Notes: generated from the sequence alone by a model not told the origin. DNA of 64,000 nt from an uncultured Methanosarcinales archaeon (GCA_964591655.1 CAZQDS010000001.1:7232-71231), one strand, 5' to 3'. Counted from the first letter of the stretch, positions 1-10,009 are shown. A program made the numbers and translations.

Positions 1-8
1 CTAACGCT

Positions 9-359
9 ATGCAAAGCCATTCTGATCAAAGCAGGTTCCAGAACAGCCAAGTGGCAGATAGTATGGATTCGAAAAACAAGGAGCTTATATTCCACATCAA
101 CAATGCAAAAAATTACAGATTCACGAAACAAGGTACGTTTGCAACTACGGGCAGCCTTGTCGAATTGATAGTGAACAACAAAGAAAACCGGCACTATATG
201 ATTCTTCCATTCTTAGGAGGATATGGCTGCGAAATAGATGGCAAATCGATATACATCATATCTCCAAAAGCGCCGCTGACACTACATATCATCAATAAAT
301 CTAAAGATAGCAAGTTTTCATTTAGAGGATTCGAGTATATCATAAAAGAAATATTCTAG
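9..359 (+). CDS. hypothetical protein (116 aa)
   Basis: ORF with ATG start; no recognisable motif. Lies upstream of the kinase gene. Confidence 0.3.
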   Translation: MQSHSDQSRFQNSQVADSMDSKNKELIFHINNAKNYRFTKQGTFATTGSLVELIVNNKENRHYMILPFLGGYGCEIDGKSIYIISPKAPLTLHIINKSKDSKFSFRGFEYIIKEIF

Positions 360-428
360 ACATCTATGGCGCGCCGGAAGTCCATATAAAAAGGAATATT
401 TTATATAATCTGCCGCTTTAAGCGCAAT

Positions 429-1382
429 ATGAAATATTTGCGTCAAATTAATAGCATAATAAATTCTAAAAAAAAACACATGGGTATTCCTGAAAAAATT
501 GTGAAAATAGAGCTATCAGAATTGGGCCGGGGAGAAAATTCGAGGAGCATTTTGGCAATAATAAACAAAAAATACAAGTTTGTCTTTAGGATAATATTGA
601 AAAACGTTTTCGAACAACATTCTTCTTTTGAAATGATGAATAAGATACACGCAGACATAGGTCCAAGATTCATTTTGTTCGATGATACAAGAAAGCACAT
701 GCAATTTCCTTATGCGATTTTTACATATGTAGAGGGCAAATCAAAGAAAAAATGGTCTAAAAAGGATTTGATGCTACACGCAAAATCCCTGGCACTTTTA
801 CATAGGGATTCTGAATTTCCCATCTCGCGAGCCCATAGACGTTCGGCCATCGACCCCGAGAAGAAGTTAAGGCATGATTTGAAATTGTTTAAAGGATCAA
901 GCGAAAATCCATCTGTTAAAATGCTGTTGCCAAAAATCATCAGATTCATACGCGATAATAAAAATTATTTTCCCCAAAAGAAAATGAATATCATACATGG
1001 AGACGCATGCAGCATAAATATCATGTTTCATAGCAATTCGGCCAGGTATATCGATTGGGAAAACTGCGCTTTCGGAGACAATGCAGAAGATATGGCGAGG
1101 ATATTTATACTAGGACATGGAGTTGAACCGTGGTTCATTGGACTAAGCGAATCTCGTCTTGAATCTTTTATAAAAGAATACATGAAATATTACCCTGACA
1201 TCAATCTGTATCCTCGGGTAATTGTTTGGAACATAACAAAATTATTCACTTCGCTTTTATATTTCATTTGGCGCATAAATAATTTTGATAAAAATAAAGT
1301 AATGTACCCAAAACACATGTATGAACAAGCAATCATCTCGATAACTGTTTTTCTTAAAAAAAGATTAGACACAAAAATATAA
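429..1382 (+). CDS. phosphotransferase family kinase (APH/choline-kinase-like fold)
   Basis: Catalytic-loop-like 'IIHGDACSINIMF' (HGD) and 'IDWENCAFGD' (DWE...D) motifs typical of the aminoglycoside phosphotransferase / ChoK family. Substrate unknown. Confidence 0.55.
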   Translation: MKYLRQINSIINSKKKHMGIPEKIVKIELSELGRGENSRSILAIINKKYKFVFRIILKNVFEQHSSFEMMNKIHADIGPRFILFDDTRKHMQFPYAIFTYVEGKSKKKWSKKDLMLHAKSLALLHRDSEFPISRAHRRSAIDPEKKLRHDLKLFKGSSENPSVKMLLPKIIRFIRDNKNYFPQKKMNIIHGDACSINIMFHSNSARYIDWENCAFGDNAEDMARIFILGHGVEPWFIGLSESRLESFIKEYMKYYPDINLYPRVIVWNITKLFTSLLYFIWRINNFDKNKVMYPKHMYEQAIISITVFLKKRLDTKI

Positions 1383-1499
1383 TTATATAATTACATATAA
1401 TAATTATAATTGGCAAAAGTATATATATTTTTCTAACATATATAGAATTATTCCGGAGCAAAAGGAAAGCTTTCCGTAATGGCTCGGAGATAAGACAAA

Positions 1500-1961
1500 A
1501 TGAACACCGATGATCTGAAGATAATTGCGCATTTGAGACAGGATTCGAGAAGGAATTTGACTAAGATAAGCAAACAAACATTGATGCCTGTAAGCACTAT
1601 ATTTGACAGGATGAAGAAATACAATAAGGAGATAATAACGAAGAGCACCGTCTTGGTCGATTTCAAGAAACTCGGATACGACATTAAAGTAAATATTCTT
1701 GTAAAGATATGTCAAGAGAAGAGGGAGCCCTTGAAGAAGTTCCTAGAATCCTGCCTCGCAGTCAATTCAGTATACCGTATCAACAATGGTTTTGACTATT
1801 TCATTGAGGCCATATTCAAGGACATGCTGCAATTAGAGCAGTTCAATGACAAGATTGATTCGATCGGCGCAGAATTGAAACAAGTCCATTACATACTCGA
1901 AGAGATTAAGAGGGAAGATTTCATAAGTCAACCGGACTTGGTCGACATGATGGGAAAATAA
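1500..1961 (+). CDS. Lrp/AsnC-family transcriptional regulator
   Basis: N-terminal HTH ('DLKIIAHLRQDSRRNLTKISKQTLMPVSTIFDRMKKY') plus C-terminal RAM-like domain; about 150 aa. Confidence 0.55.
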   Translation: MNTDDLKIIAHLRQDSRRNLTKISKQTLMPVSTIFDRMKKYNKEIITKSTVLVDFKKLGYDIKVNILVKICQEKREPLKKFLESCLAVNSVYRINNGFDYFIEAIFKDMLQLEQFNDKIDSIGAELKQVHYILEEIKREDFISQPDLVDMMGK

Positions 1962-2047
1962 GCACATGAAGAATCTCCGGAATAACCCAGAAAAATTCCG
2001 ATTTTCACCAGATAACGCTTATTAAAGCAAGAAACATACAATGATGA

Positions 2048-2515
2048 ATGGAAAATAAAATGTTAAACACTAAAGAAAAAAGATTGATTGTCGCATTAAG
2101 GAAGAAGGACAGCCAAAACATAATGAATGTGTCGAAAAAACAAGAGATACCGAAAAGCACATTGTATGACATAATGCATAAGCTTCAGAGGACAGAGATA
2201 GTGAGACAGATAACAAAGATATCATTCGAGAAAATAGGGTTCCCTATAAAGATATTTTTCATAATACGGACAGACAACCAGAACAAAGAGAGACTTAAAC
2301 AGTTTTTATTGTCAGAAAAAAACGTGAACAACATACACCTGATCAACAACAGCACGAGCTTCCATGTTGAATGCATATTCAAGAACCAGAAGTCTGCAGA
2401 GGAATTTTTAGAATTGCTCGAAGAACAAATCCCTCTGACACAATTATCGGCATATAATCTCCTGGAAACTATCCGAGAAGAAAACTTCCTCACGGAAGAA
2501 GAGCATTTCGCATAG
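2048..2515 (+). CDS. Lrp/AsnC-family transcriptional regulator (tandem paralogue)
   Basis: Same architecture as the upstream gene ('KEKRLIVALRKKDSQNIMNVSKKQEIPKSTLYDIMHKL'); tandem duplicate. Confidence 0.55.
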   Translation: MENKMLNTKEKRLIVALRKKDSQNIMNVSKKQEIPKSTLYDIMHKLQRTEIVRQITKISFEKIGFPIKIFFIIRTDNQNKERLKQFLLSEKNVNNIHLINNSTSFHVECIFKNQKSAEEFLELLEEQIPLTQLSAYNLLETIREENFLTEEEHFA

Positions 2516-2576
2516 GAACCGGATGAATTGGGGATAAGATACAGAAAAAGATAGCGATAGCTATGGAGACATTAAA

Positions 2577-3731
2577 ATGCAAGATGTTGCGACGATAGTG
2601 AAAGACTATCAGTACTCGAATGATTTCAGCCTGACTACCCAGTTGAAGAGCTGGATGGCCATAAATCCCAGTTATGGATGCATTTGGGATTGTGCATACT
2701 GCATACAGCATAAGGATGCCTTTTTTGATAAATCAGACTATAAGAAAGTCATGAAAATAAGAAACATCTCTGGAGGAGAGATAACTCCTGAAGAGGTGGT
2801 GGCTGAAATAATGACTAATCCTAGAATAACAAACAACACGCCATTGGCATTCTACAATTTTTCAGATCCGTTCCTGCCGCAGAATAAGAGAGATCTGATA
2901 AGCATATTGAAAGGATTGGACAATAGGGAATTCAGGAACCCCATAGGCCTGATAACAAGGACATTTGCAGACAATGAAACAGTTGAAGCCATAGCACAAT
3001 TAGAAAATATAAAACCAGTGATCATAGTGTCTTATGCAGGCTATTCTAACAAAGAGATAGAATCTGCACCAAACAGTAAGCGTGTTGAGATGATGAAACG
3101 TTTCCATGATGCAGGAGTCCCTATTTTACAATACATGAGGCCGCTTGTCAAGGAATGGATGGAAGAAGGACAGATAGAAAAGGCCCGCGATACAGTGATA
3201 GACAAGATAGACGGAGTGGTCATGAGCGGGATAAGGCTTACCCCAGAGATAATATCAAAAATACAAAAACGGAACGTGACCGTTCCATTCACCAAGAATT
3301 ATGAGAATAAATACTTCCCAGAATCATTGCAGGAGGAAGTCGTTAAAGCATATGACGGGGTCGCCCCTGTCTTCAGATACACTAGTTGTGCGGTATCCAC
3401 GATGCTAGAAAGGCCGGATTATAACGCGCACCTGCAATACACGAAATTCACGAATAAAACCGACGATAATGAATGCAAGCTACCATGCAAATCGGGGCAA
3501 TCTAAGATATGCGCGGGATGTAAGACTCCGTTGGAGTCTACAGTCAAGGAATTGCTTTCGAAGATAGATAAAAAAGATGTTGAATTTGAGATAAAGAACG
3601 AGGGAGTGATATATGTCAAGACAGAGATGGACAAGCAAGAGAAGACGTTCTTGAGGCACAACACATCAAACCATGTGGAATCATTGGACGAGGAAGATCA
3701 TAAGGATCAAGTGTATGTGATGAAAAGCTGA
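2577..3731 (+). CDS. radical SAM protein with C-terminal Cys-rich (auxiliary Fe-S, SPASM/twitch-like) region
   Basis: CX3CX2C motif 'CIWDCAYC' near the N-terminus. Six further Cys in the last ~60 aa ('SCAV...ECKLPCKSGQSKICAGC'). Confidence 0.55.
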   Translation: MQDVATIVKDYQYSNDFSLTTQLKSWMAINPSYGCIWDCAYCIQHKDAFFDKSDYKKVMKIRNISGGEITPEEVVAEIMTNPRITNNTPLAFYNFSDPFLPQNKRDLISILKGLDNREFRNPIGLITRTFADNETVEAIAQLENIKPVIIVSYAGYSNKEIESAPNSKRVEMMKRFHDAGVPILQYMRPLVKEWMEEGQIEKARDTVIDKIDGVVMSGIRLTPEIISKIQKRNVTVPFTKNYENKYFPESLQEEVVKAYDGVAPVFRYTSCAVSTMLERPDYNAHLQYTKFTNKTDDNECKLPCKSGQSKICAGCKTPLESTVKELLSKIDKKDVEFEIKNEGVIYVKTEMDKQEKTFLRHNTSNHVESLDEEDHKDQVYVMKS

Positions 3732-3735
3732 CAAA

Positions 3736-4314
3736 ATGAAAAATGATGGATATTTTGGGAGAAAAGCAAGACTTGCACATCTGAAAGAATTGATAGGAGA
3801 GAAAAGTTTTAACAAAATTTCAGATTTCGGATGTAAGGAAGGATACTTGCTGCATAATCTTGATGCGAAAGAAAAAAACGGATACGACATGCATCCTGTG
3901 GAAGAGTTCGACGACATACGATATGCAGAAGCAGACATAGCATGCGCCACATCAGAAAACAATGATTTGATAGTGTGCAGTGAAGTGATAGAGCATATGC
4001 GAGATGATGTTGAGGCCATAAGAAATATCCATAAGTCCTTGAAGATAGGAGGATTTGTTTTTCTGACGACGCTGAACAAGAATACGGGATTCGACAAGTC
4101 CGAAATAGATAAGAAGCGAGGACATCTCAGGAGATATGGTCCTGAATTGAAAGTTTTGATGGAAAAGGAAGGATTCTCTACAATAAGATTTTATCCGTTC
4201 AGAGGCAAGCATTATTACGATTGTAAAAATGACGGGACATCATATTACCCGAAAATGGACGGCGACTCGCAAGGTTTCGCTTCAGGATGGATATATTTTG
4301 GTGTAAAAAAATGA
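3736..4314 (+). CDS. class I SAM-dependent methyltransferase
   Basis: Motif I-like 'ISDFGCKEG' and 'LIVCSEVIEHMRDDVEAIRNIHKSLKIGGFVFLTT' (typical MTase motif II-IV region). Starts 4 bp after the rSAM gene. Confidence 0.5.
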   Translation: MKNDGYFGRKARLAHLKELIGEKSFNKISDFGCKEGYLLHNLDAKEKNGYDMHPVEEFDDIRYAEADIACATSENNDLIVCSEVIEHMRDDVEAIRNIHKSLKIGGFVFLTTLNKNTGFDKSEIDKKRGHLRRYGPELKVLMEKEGFSTIRFYPFRGKHYYDCKNDGTSYYPKMDGDSQGFASGWIYFGVKK

Positions 4315-4826
4315 TTGAAGAAAACTATGATATAATATTAATTGGTGGAGCAAAAGGAACAGGAAAGAGCACCATAACAAAGAAAATCAGCGAAATAACT
4401 GGAAAAAACCATCTGCACACAGGCACACTATTTTTAGACGCCGATAAGAATCTAGAAATTTATGAGAAGATGCTCTTTGAAAAGGTTGCGGGATTCTCAG
4501 GCATAATGGATACACATTATGCGGGGTATCATGCGGATGGTTTCTGTAGAGGCATAAGTGAAGGCTTGTTGAAAAATATTGGGAAGATGAAGACCGGGCT
4601 CGTGCTCATAGAGTTGGATGTCGACACATTATATGAAAGAAGGATGATTGATAAAAAGATCAGGATAATGGATAAGAAACATATGTCAGAAGAGCTTTAT
4701 TGGAACAGAAAATATTTTAATGAGTATTGTGATGAACTCCGTATTGAAGGGAAATCATTGTCTAATTACGATCTTGAAAATACCATAAATGGAGTGATAG
4801 GGTATCTCGGAGGAAAAAATGGATAA
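4287..4826 (+). CDS. P-loop NTPase / nucleotide(-side) kinase-like
   Basis: Walker A '[13 protein letters not shown]'. About 180 aa; overlaps flanking genes (operon). Confidence 0.45.
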   Translation: MDIFWCKKMIEENYDIILIGGAKGTGKSTITKKISEITGKNHLHTGTLFLDADKNLEIYEKMLFEKVAGFSGIMDTHYAGYHADGFCRGISEGLLKNIGKMKTGLVLIELDVDTLYERRMIDKKIRIMDKKHMSEELYWNRKYFNEYCDELRIEGKSLSNYDLENTINGVIGYLGGKNG

Positions 4827-5244
4827 GCCGAAGAAGCAGATAGTCATAGTTAAATCTTTGATTGTTGATGATGGAAAAGTGCTCCTCGTAAGAAGAAGGA
4901 GAGAGTGGCATAAGGAATCTCATGATAAATGGGAATTTCCTGGCGGGAAGATAGATTTTGGAGAGACGCCTGAAGAGGCCGCAGTAAGGGAGGCAAAGGA
5001 AGAATCAGGATATGATGTCAAGATATTGCAGCTTTTGCCTAAGATAATCTCTGCTCAATGGGAATATGAAGATAGGATGAGCCAACAGATACTCATCTGT
5101 TACGTGTGCAAAAAGATAAGCGGCGATCCGATATTGGGCGATCATGGTGTTTCTGAAATAAGATGGTTCTCTAAAGAAGATGCTCTAGGACTGGAATGCC
5201 TTCCAGGAACGAAGGAATTTTTAGTCACTTTCTTCCCTGAGTGA
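4819..5244 (+). CDS. NUDIX hydrolase
   Basis: Nudix box '[23 protein letters not shown]'. Confidence 0.65.
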   Translation: MDKPKKQIVIVKSLIVDDGKVLLVRRRREWHKESHDKWEFPGGKIDFGETPEEAAVREAKEESGYDVKILQLLPKIISAQWEYEDRMSQQILICYVCKKISGDPILGDHGVSEIRWFSKEDALGLECLPGTKEFLVTFFPE

Positions 5245-5368
5245 CAATTAATCTATGAAACCATTCTTTAAAAGTAAAAAACCGTAACATATTTAAAGTA
5301 GTATTCATATGCGTTTGACATAATCTTATAATAGTAAAAAAAAGAGGGGGTGAGGACCGACATGTTTA

Positions 5369-6202
5369 TTGTCGGAGGGAAAAATGATAGTTAAAGACGA
5401 ATTTTTAAGCAAACTAAGAAGGCACTTCGGACTTAATCTTTACGAAGTCAAGATATGGACTGCGCTGCTTTCCAGAGGCATAAGCACTGCTGGAGAACTT
5501 TCTGACATAGCGAACGTCCCAAGATCAAGAAGCTACGATATTCTTGAATCGCTGGAGAAGAAAGGATTTGTAGTCATGAAGATAGGGAAGCCCATAAAGT
5601 ATATAGCGGTCTCCCCGAAAGAGATTGTTGACAGGGTAAAGAAGAACGTCCGTGTAGAATCGGAAGACAGGCTGAAGAGACTTGAAGAATTGAAAGGCAC
5701 AGACATCGTGGACGAGTTGAACAACTTGCACACGCAAGGCATAGAGCTTGTAGAGCCTACAGAATTGTCTGGATCGTTGAAGGGAAGGCACAACCTATAC
5801 AATCATATGGAGTTGACGATAAAGAATGCTGAAGAGACAGTCACGATAATGACTACGACACAAGGATTGTTGAGGAAGATCGAAGGCATGAAGCCCGTGT
5901 TTGAGCAGTTGAAGAAACGTGGCGTAAAGATAAGGATATGCGCACCTTTGACTAAAGAGGCAGTCCCTGCAATAAAGGATCTTGGCAATGTCGCTGAAGT
6001 GAGAGGCACCGATGCGAAGGCAAGATTTGTCATCGTCGACCGTAAAGAGCTGCTTTTCATGATAACAGACGACACACAGGTCCATCCGACATATGACGTC
6101 GGAATATGGGTGAACACCCCATTCTTTGCGAATGCTCTTGAAGAATTGTTCGAGCTTGCATGGAAAGAGATGAAGCCTGCGAAACAAGTCTTGAAATTAT
6201 AA
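5369..6202 (+). CDS. TrmB-family transcriptional regulator
   Basis: N-terminal wHTH 'LYEVKIWTALLSRGISTAGELSDIANVPRSRSYDILESLEKKGFV' is characteristic of TrmB. Paralogue of 27074..27877. Confidence 0.7.
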   Translation: MSEGKMIVKDEFLSKLRRHFGLNLYEVKIWTALLSRGISTAGELSDIANVPRSRSYDILESLEKKGFVVMKIGKPIKYIAVSPKEIVDRVKKNVRVESEDRLKRLEELKGTDIVDELNNLHTQGIELVEPTELSGSLKGRHNLYNHMELTIKNAEETVTIMTTTQGLLRKIEGMKPVFEQLKKRGVKIRICAPLTKEAVPAIKDLGNVAEVRGTDAKARFVIVDRKELLFMITDDTQVHPTYDVGIWVNTPFFANALEELFELAWKEMKPAKQVLKL

Positions 6203-6229
6203 GTGCAAATATTTTTTTATTTTTTTATA

Positions 6230-7117
6230 TTATTTTTGTTCTTTCTCAATCAAATACAACAGCTCGTTCTCTATAAGTATTTTCTCATATTTCCATTGAA
6301 GTTTCTCGAGCAATTTCTCAAGCCATACTCGACGATATTCTTTTATCTCGCGCACTCCAGAAAGCGATAATGTGGGGAAAGTGACTGCGATCAATTTGGT
6401 GTCGAGCGACTTGAATAATTTTTCTGTGATGTTCCTTTCTACACGCTCCAGGCCATCCAGTGTCTTGAATATGAAACACACATCACATTTTATTTTAGAT
6501 AGTTTCTTCAGGCTCTCTTTCTCCACTAAATCGAGAGGAAAAACTTCGTTGTCAATTCTTGTCTTAGAAAAATATTCTTTCAAGAACTTGCAGTCCTCTG
6601 AAGAGATGTCTGATGCGTAGTATTTCTTTATCTTGTCCCTGACGAATATGTTCGCGATCGGATTGAGGCCGCATGCGAGATCAAGAATGACGGCTTTTCC
6701 TTTCACATTCTCAAATATTCTCTCATACAATTCCTTATAATGGCCGAGTCGTTCATTTGTAGATTTGTGTAATTTCAACAATTCTATGTGTGTATCAATA
6801 TCGTTTTCGTCGATTAATTTTTTTAGTATCTTGTTCTTCTTCTCATACTCTTTCAATATGAACGCGCCATACACTTTCCGAAGCTCTGCACGGACATTCT
6901 TTATCAGGAAATCATGCTCCTTGCTCTTCGTGAATTGCTTATAATTCTTGCTCTTCGATAATTTTTCAAGTATCTTTTCCTTATACTGATAATTGCTGAT
7001 GTCAGAGAAGAACTCTCTTAATTTTCTCGCGACAAAATCCTCATCTAAGGCCCGCAACTCCTTCTTATCTTTAACATCGCTTACAATATCTTCAAAGAAA
7101 GCCATTTCTTCCATATC
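6230..7117 (-). CDS. FmrO/Rmt-ArmA-family 16S rRNA (guanine-N7) methyltransferase homologue
   Basis: 'AVILDLACGLNPIANIF...YASDIS' and 'LIAVTFPTLSLSGV' closely mirror RmtB/ArmA motifs ('VLDIACGLNPLAL', 'AVSFPTRSLGG'). The ORF track extends to 7183, but the likely start is the Met (MEEMAFF) whose ATG overlaps the Pelota stop. Confidence 0.5.
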   Translation of the reverse strand, partial: DMEEMAFFEDIVSDVKDKKELRALDEDFVARKLREFFSDISNYQYKEKILEKLSKSKNYKQFTKSKEHDFLIKNVRAELRKVYGAFILKEYEKKNKILKKLIDENDIDTHIELLKLHKSTNERLGHYKELYERIFENVKGKAVILDLACGLNPIANIFVRDKIKKYYASDISSEDCKFLKEYFSKTRIDNEVFPLDLVEKESLKKLSKIKCDVCFIFKTLDGLERVERNITEKLFKSLDTKLIAVTFPTLSLSGVREIKEYRRVWLEKLLEKLQWKYEKILIENELLYLIEKEQK

Positions 7118-8162
7118 AATAATTCTCCTTCCAGCGTAAAAGACAGGCAATCCCCGATAGTCCGTCAAGCTTCCTTGCCGCATCTTCTGAACTTATTATC
7201 CTTATCTCCGCATTCAATGTTTCTGCCTGTTCCATCATTGAATCTATCTGCCCATAGGACTTTTCTGAACGCATCTTCCTTATAAGGTTCTCCGATATAA
7301 GCAGCACCGAGATGTTCCCTGAATCTATCTTAGACTTCACATCAGCAATCCCGTATGCCGCATTCTCCTTGCTTATTGCGCCGAGCAATTCCTCTATCAA
7401 TGTTGTCTCTCTCGAAGATTGATCCTTTTCAAGCACCGTCTTAAGCTCGGGCCTCTTGAGTATCTCGTTTATCGTGCTTCCATCTATGCTGGAACATGAC
7501 GCGAGCGTAATCTTCTTTCTCAGCACTTCATCATCCAATTCCTTCAAAAGATACTCTTTCCAGAATGCAGGGCTCGCCAATACTATGCTGTTGAAAAGGT
7601 ATTTGTTATCGTAATCTTTCATTTTAGTTATTATCTCTTTGTAGAAGCTTGTCTTTTTCTCATCTGACTGCTCTTTCTTTGCGACATCGCCTTTTATCTC
7701 AAGGAGTATATCATAGCCATTATTCTTCAATAAGGCAAATATTGCCTCTTCCCTATCAAATGCGACAACTAGGACATGGAATGTCGTCTGTTTTGTCCCG
7801 TCATCAAGTTTTTTCAGGACATATTTTGTCCAATGGTCCTTCTCTATGCTTATGACTGTGCCTTCTTCTATGCCGAACGTGTGATACTCGCCCCTAGGGA
7901 CGTCTTCGGGTCCTTCAATTATCGGACCGGACACCCTCAACATCTCTTCGAAAGAAATCTTTTCGACCTTTATCTTCAAAAACACATTTATCCGCGATAT
8001 CTTTGATTTCTCATCAGCGCCACCCATCTTGATCTTCCTTTCAGTCATTCCACCAACTATATCTGATGGCTCTATTATCCCCTCTAAATACCACAGGTCG
8101 TCAGGGGCCTCTACCCTTATTTTTATCATCCCGTGTTTCAGGTCTTTTTGCAGCATCTTCAT
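7116..8162 (-). CDS. pelA: Pelota (Dom34) mRNA surveillance / ribosome rescue factor
   Basis: N-terminus 'MKMLQKDLKHGMIKIRVEAPDDLWYLEGIIEPSDIVGGMTERKIK' and an aRF1-like central/C-terminal domain; 348 aa. Confidence 0.75.
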   Translation of the reverse strand: MKMLQKDLKHGMIKIRVEAPDDLWYLEGIIEPSDIVGGMTERKIKMGGADEKSKISRINVFLKIKVEKISFEEMLRVSGPIIEGPEDVPRGEYHTFGIEEGTVISIEKDHWTKYVLKKLDDGTKQTTFHVLVVAFDREEAIFALLKNNGYDILLEIKGDVAKKEQSDEKKTSFYKEIITKMKDYDNKYLFNSIVLASPAFWKEYLLKELDDEVLRKKITLASCSSIDGSTINEILKRPELKTVLEKDQSSRETTLIEELLGAISKENAAYGIADVKSKIDSGNISVLLISENLIRKMRSEKSYGQIDSMMEQAETLNAEIRIISSEDAARKLDGLSGIACLLRWKENY

Positions 8163-8319
8163 ACAGCAATAGAATGAGACCCGTTATTTAAATTTAATTG
8201 TGATACATGACAATACGTAGCGCCATATATTGTGCTCAGGCAAGCACACAGATATATTGAGAATATAGTAAGATTTATAAACCGCAACAACGAAGAATTT
8301 ACATTAATTAACGACAAAG

Positions 8320-10002
8320 GTGAGCGTGATGCGTAAAGGACAATCTTCAAGCAGCGCAGCTGCATTTATCGCAATAATGACTGTGATAATCATTCTATAC
8401 ATATTATTCCTGCCTCCAGACATCAGGGAAGATCTTCTGTCTGACGGAAGTTCAGGTGGTGGAGGAAGCGGCGGCGGAGGCACAGGCTCAGGCACAACAA
8501 ATGTGTTGTTGAGGGAGACTGTAGGAAAAGTCTCATACCTCAAGGATACAGAAAAATATTATGACATACCCACCGTACGTGTCTATGCACCGACTTCTGG
8601 ACAGTTATTGAAAGGCGTCCCTTCGATTTTCATAAAGAATGCGTTGTTTGACAAGACACAATCGACATATAATATGAATTTTGATATAGACAAAAAATCT
8701 ACGACCAATATAATGTTGAGCTTCAACGTTAAAAACCATTACGGCCCATTATCGATATCATTGAATGATAGGGAGATATTCAATGGTGAAGTCGATGGCA
8801 ATAAGTTCTTAAGGATATCCGATTCAGACATTTTCGGGACTAATGAATTGAAACTCAGCGTCCCTAATCCGGGAGTGGTATTCTGGAAATCGAGCACGTA
8901 CAGCATAGAAAATCTTCAGATAACGGGTGATGTGACCGACTACAGCAGCAGCGTATCTTCACAGAGGTTCACTTTGACACAGACAGAAAAAGATAACCTA
9001 GAATCCGTGACCCTCTATTTCAGGCCGGTATGCACTATATCAGAAGTCGGGCCATTAGAGATACAATTGAACAAGAGGGTAATATTTGACTCTGTTGCAG
9101 ATTGTGGAACAAGAAGTTTTGCATCGCTGGACATAAACGAGATTGATGCAGGTTCAAATGAACTGAAGTTCAGCGTGGAGAAGGGATCATACCTATTGGA
9201 CAATCTTGCTGTAAAAGTGGATCTAGAGAAGCCCACATACAAGACATATTTCTTTGACATAGATGATGAATTCTTCATCAAGGACCCTGAACAGGCGAGA
9301 TGCGGCGATTATGACGATATCTGCCCGTCAGGATGCTCAGACATAAAGGATGCAGACTGCTGTTTCAGGCATAACGGGAATTGGTGCGCACTTCCGACAA
9401 GAAATGCAAACGACAGATGCGTATATTATGTCGATCCAGGTGATTGCGACCTTTGTCCGACAGGCTACTATGATGATTCATTCGACGTCCCAGACACCTG
9501 TGAAGAGAGGTGTGGAGACAATGATGACGGCATATGTCCTGAAGACTGCCCGAGCCCGTCAAGCGATTATGACGCAGATTGCTGTTATGAGGAGAACCCT
9601 GATTATTTCTTCTGTCAAGAAGTGCCTATAACAGGGTTGACGGATAAATGTAGGGCATCAGTCAGCTATACACAATGTGAATTATGCCCTTCAGGATATG
9701 AAGATGAAGACGGATCTGAGCCGGATTCCTGCGACGGCAGCATATATGAATATGAAGAGCTTGATGAATCGTTGGATACTGATTATGAAATGAGGCTTGT
9801 CGTCAGGTTCGTCAATGACGAGGACAGGAAAAGGATTGACGTAAACATAAACGGACATAAAGTGTCTATCGATACTAGGGAAATAGAATTCAAGAGGAAT
9901 ATCGATGATTACGTCAGGTCAGGAAGCAATAGCATAGAGCTTATTCCAAGAGAGGATGTAGACATCGCAGAATTACGGATTGAACTGATAAAGGTAAGCT
10001 GA
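8320..10002 (+). CDS. secreted/anchored Cys-rich repeat protein
   Basis: N-terminal TM/signal, then a Gly-rich linker (GGGGSGGGGTGSGT). The C-terminal half has two ~70-aa internal repeats with 'ICPxxC...DADCC...C(D/E)LCP(T/S)GY(Y/E)D...D(T/S)C' spacing. Confidence 0.5.
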   Translation: MSVMRKGQSSSSAAAFIAIMTVIIILYILFLPPDIREDLLSDGSSGGGGSGGGGTGSGTTNVLLRETVGKVSYLKDTEKYYDIPTVRVYAPTSGQLLKGVPSIFIKNALFDKTQSTYNMNFDIDKKSTTNIMLSFNVKNHYGPLSISLNDREIFNGEVDGNKFLRISDSDIFGTNELKLSVPNPGVVFWKSSTYSIENLQITGDVTDYSSSVSSQRFTLTQTEKDNLESVTLYFRPVCTISEVGPLEIQLNKRVIFDSVADCGTRSFASLDINEIDAGSNELKFSVEKGSYLLDNLAVKVDLEKPTYKTYFFDIDDEFFIKDPEQARCGDYDDICPSGCSDIKDADCCFRHNGNWCALPTRNANDRCVYYVDPGDCDLCPTGYYDDSFDVPDTCEERCGDNDDGICPEDCPSPSSDYDADCCYEENPDYFFCQEVPITGLTDKCRASVSYTQCELCPSGYEDEDGSEPDSCDGSIYEYEELDESLDTDYEMRLVVRFVNDEDRKRIDVNINGHKVSIDTREIEFKRNIDDYVRSGSNSIELIPREDVDIAELRIELIKVS

Positions 10003-10009
10003 TCCTAAA

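Noticed and set aside
443-1372. Minus-strand ORFs (443..700, 516..704, 710..949, 1190..1372) inside the kinase gene, and many similar antisense or off-frame ORFs throughout the track (e.g. 3041..4212-, 9015..9631, 16545..17195+, 29055..29762-, 31730..35207-, 39238..41244+, 45123..45855+)
   Set aside because: They lie entirely within, and antisense to or out of frame with, long ORFs that carry clear protein-family motifs. Low-complexity translations typical of shadow ORFs in AT-rich DNA.
8455-8490. GGGGSGGGGTGSGT-encoding GC-richer stretch
   Set aside because: A coding Gly-rich linker inside ORF 8320..10002, not a DNA-level regulatory repeat.
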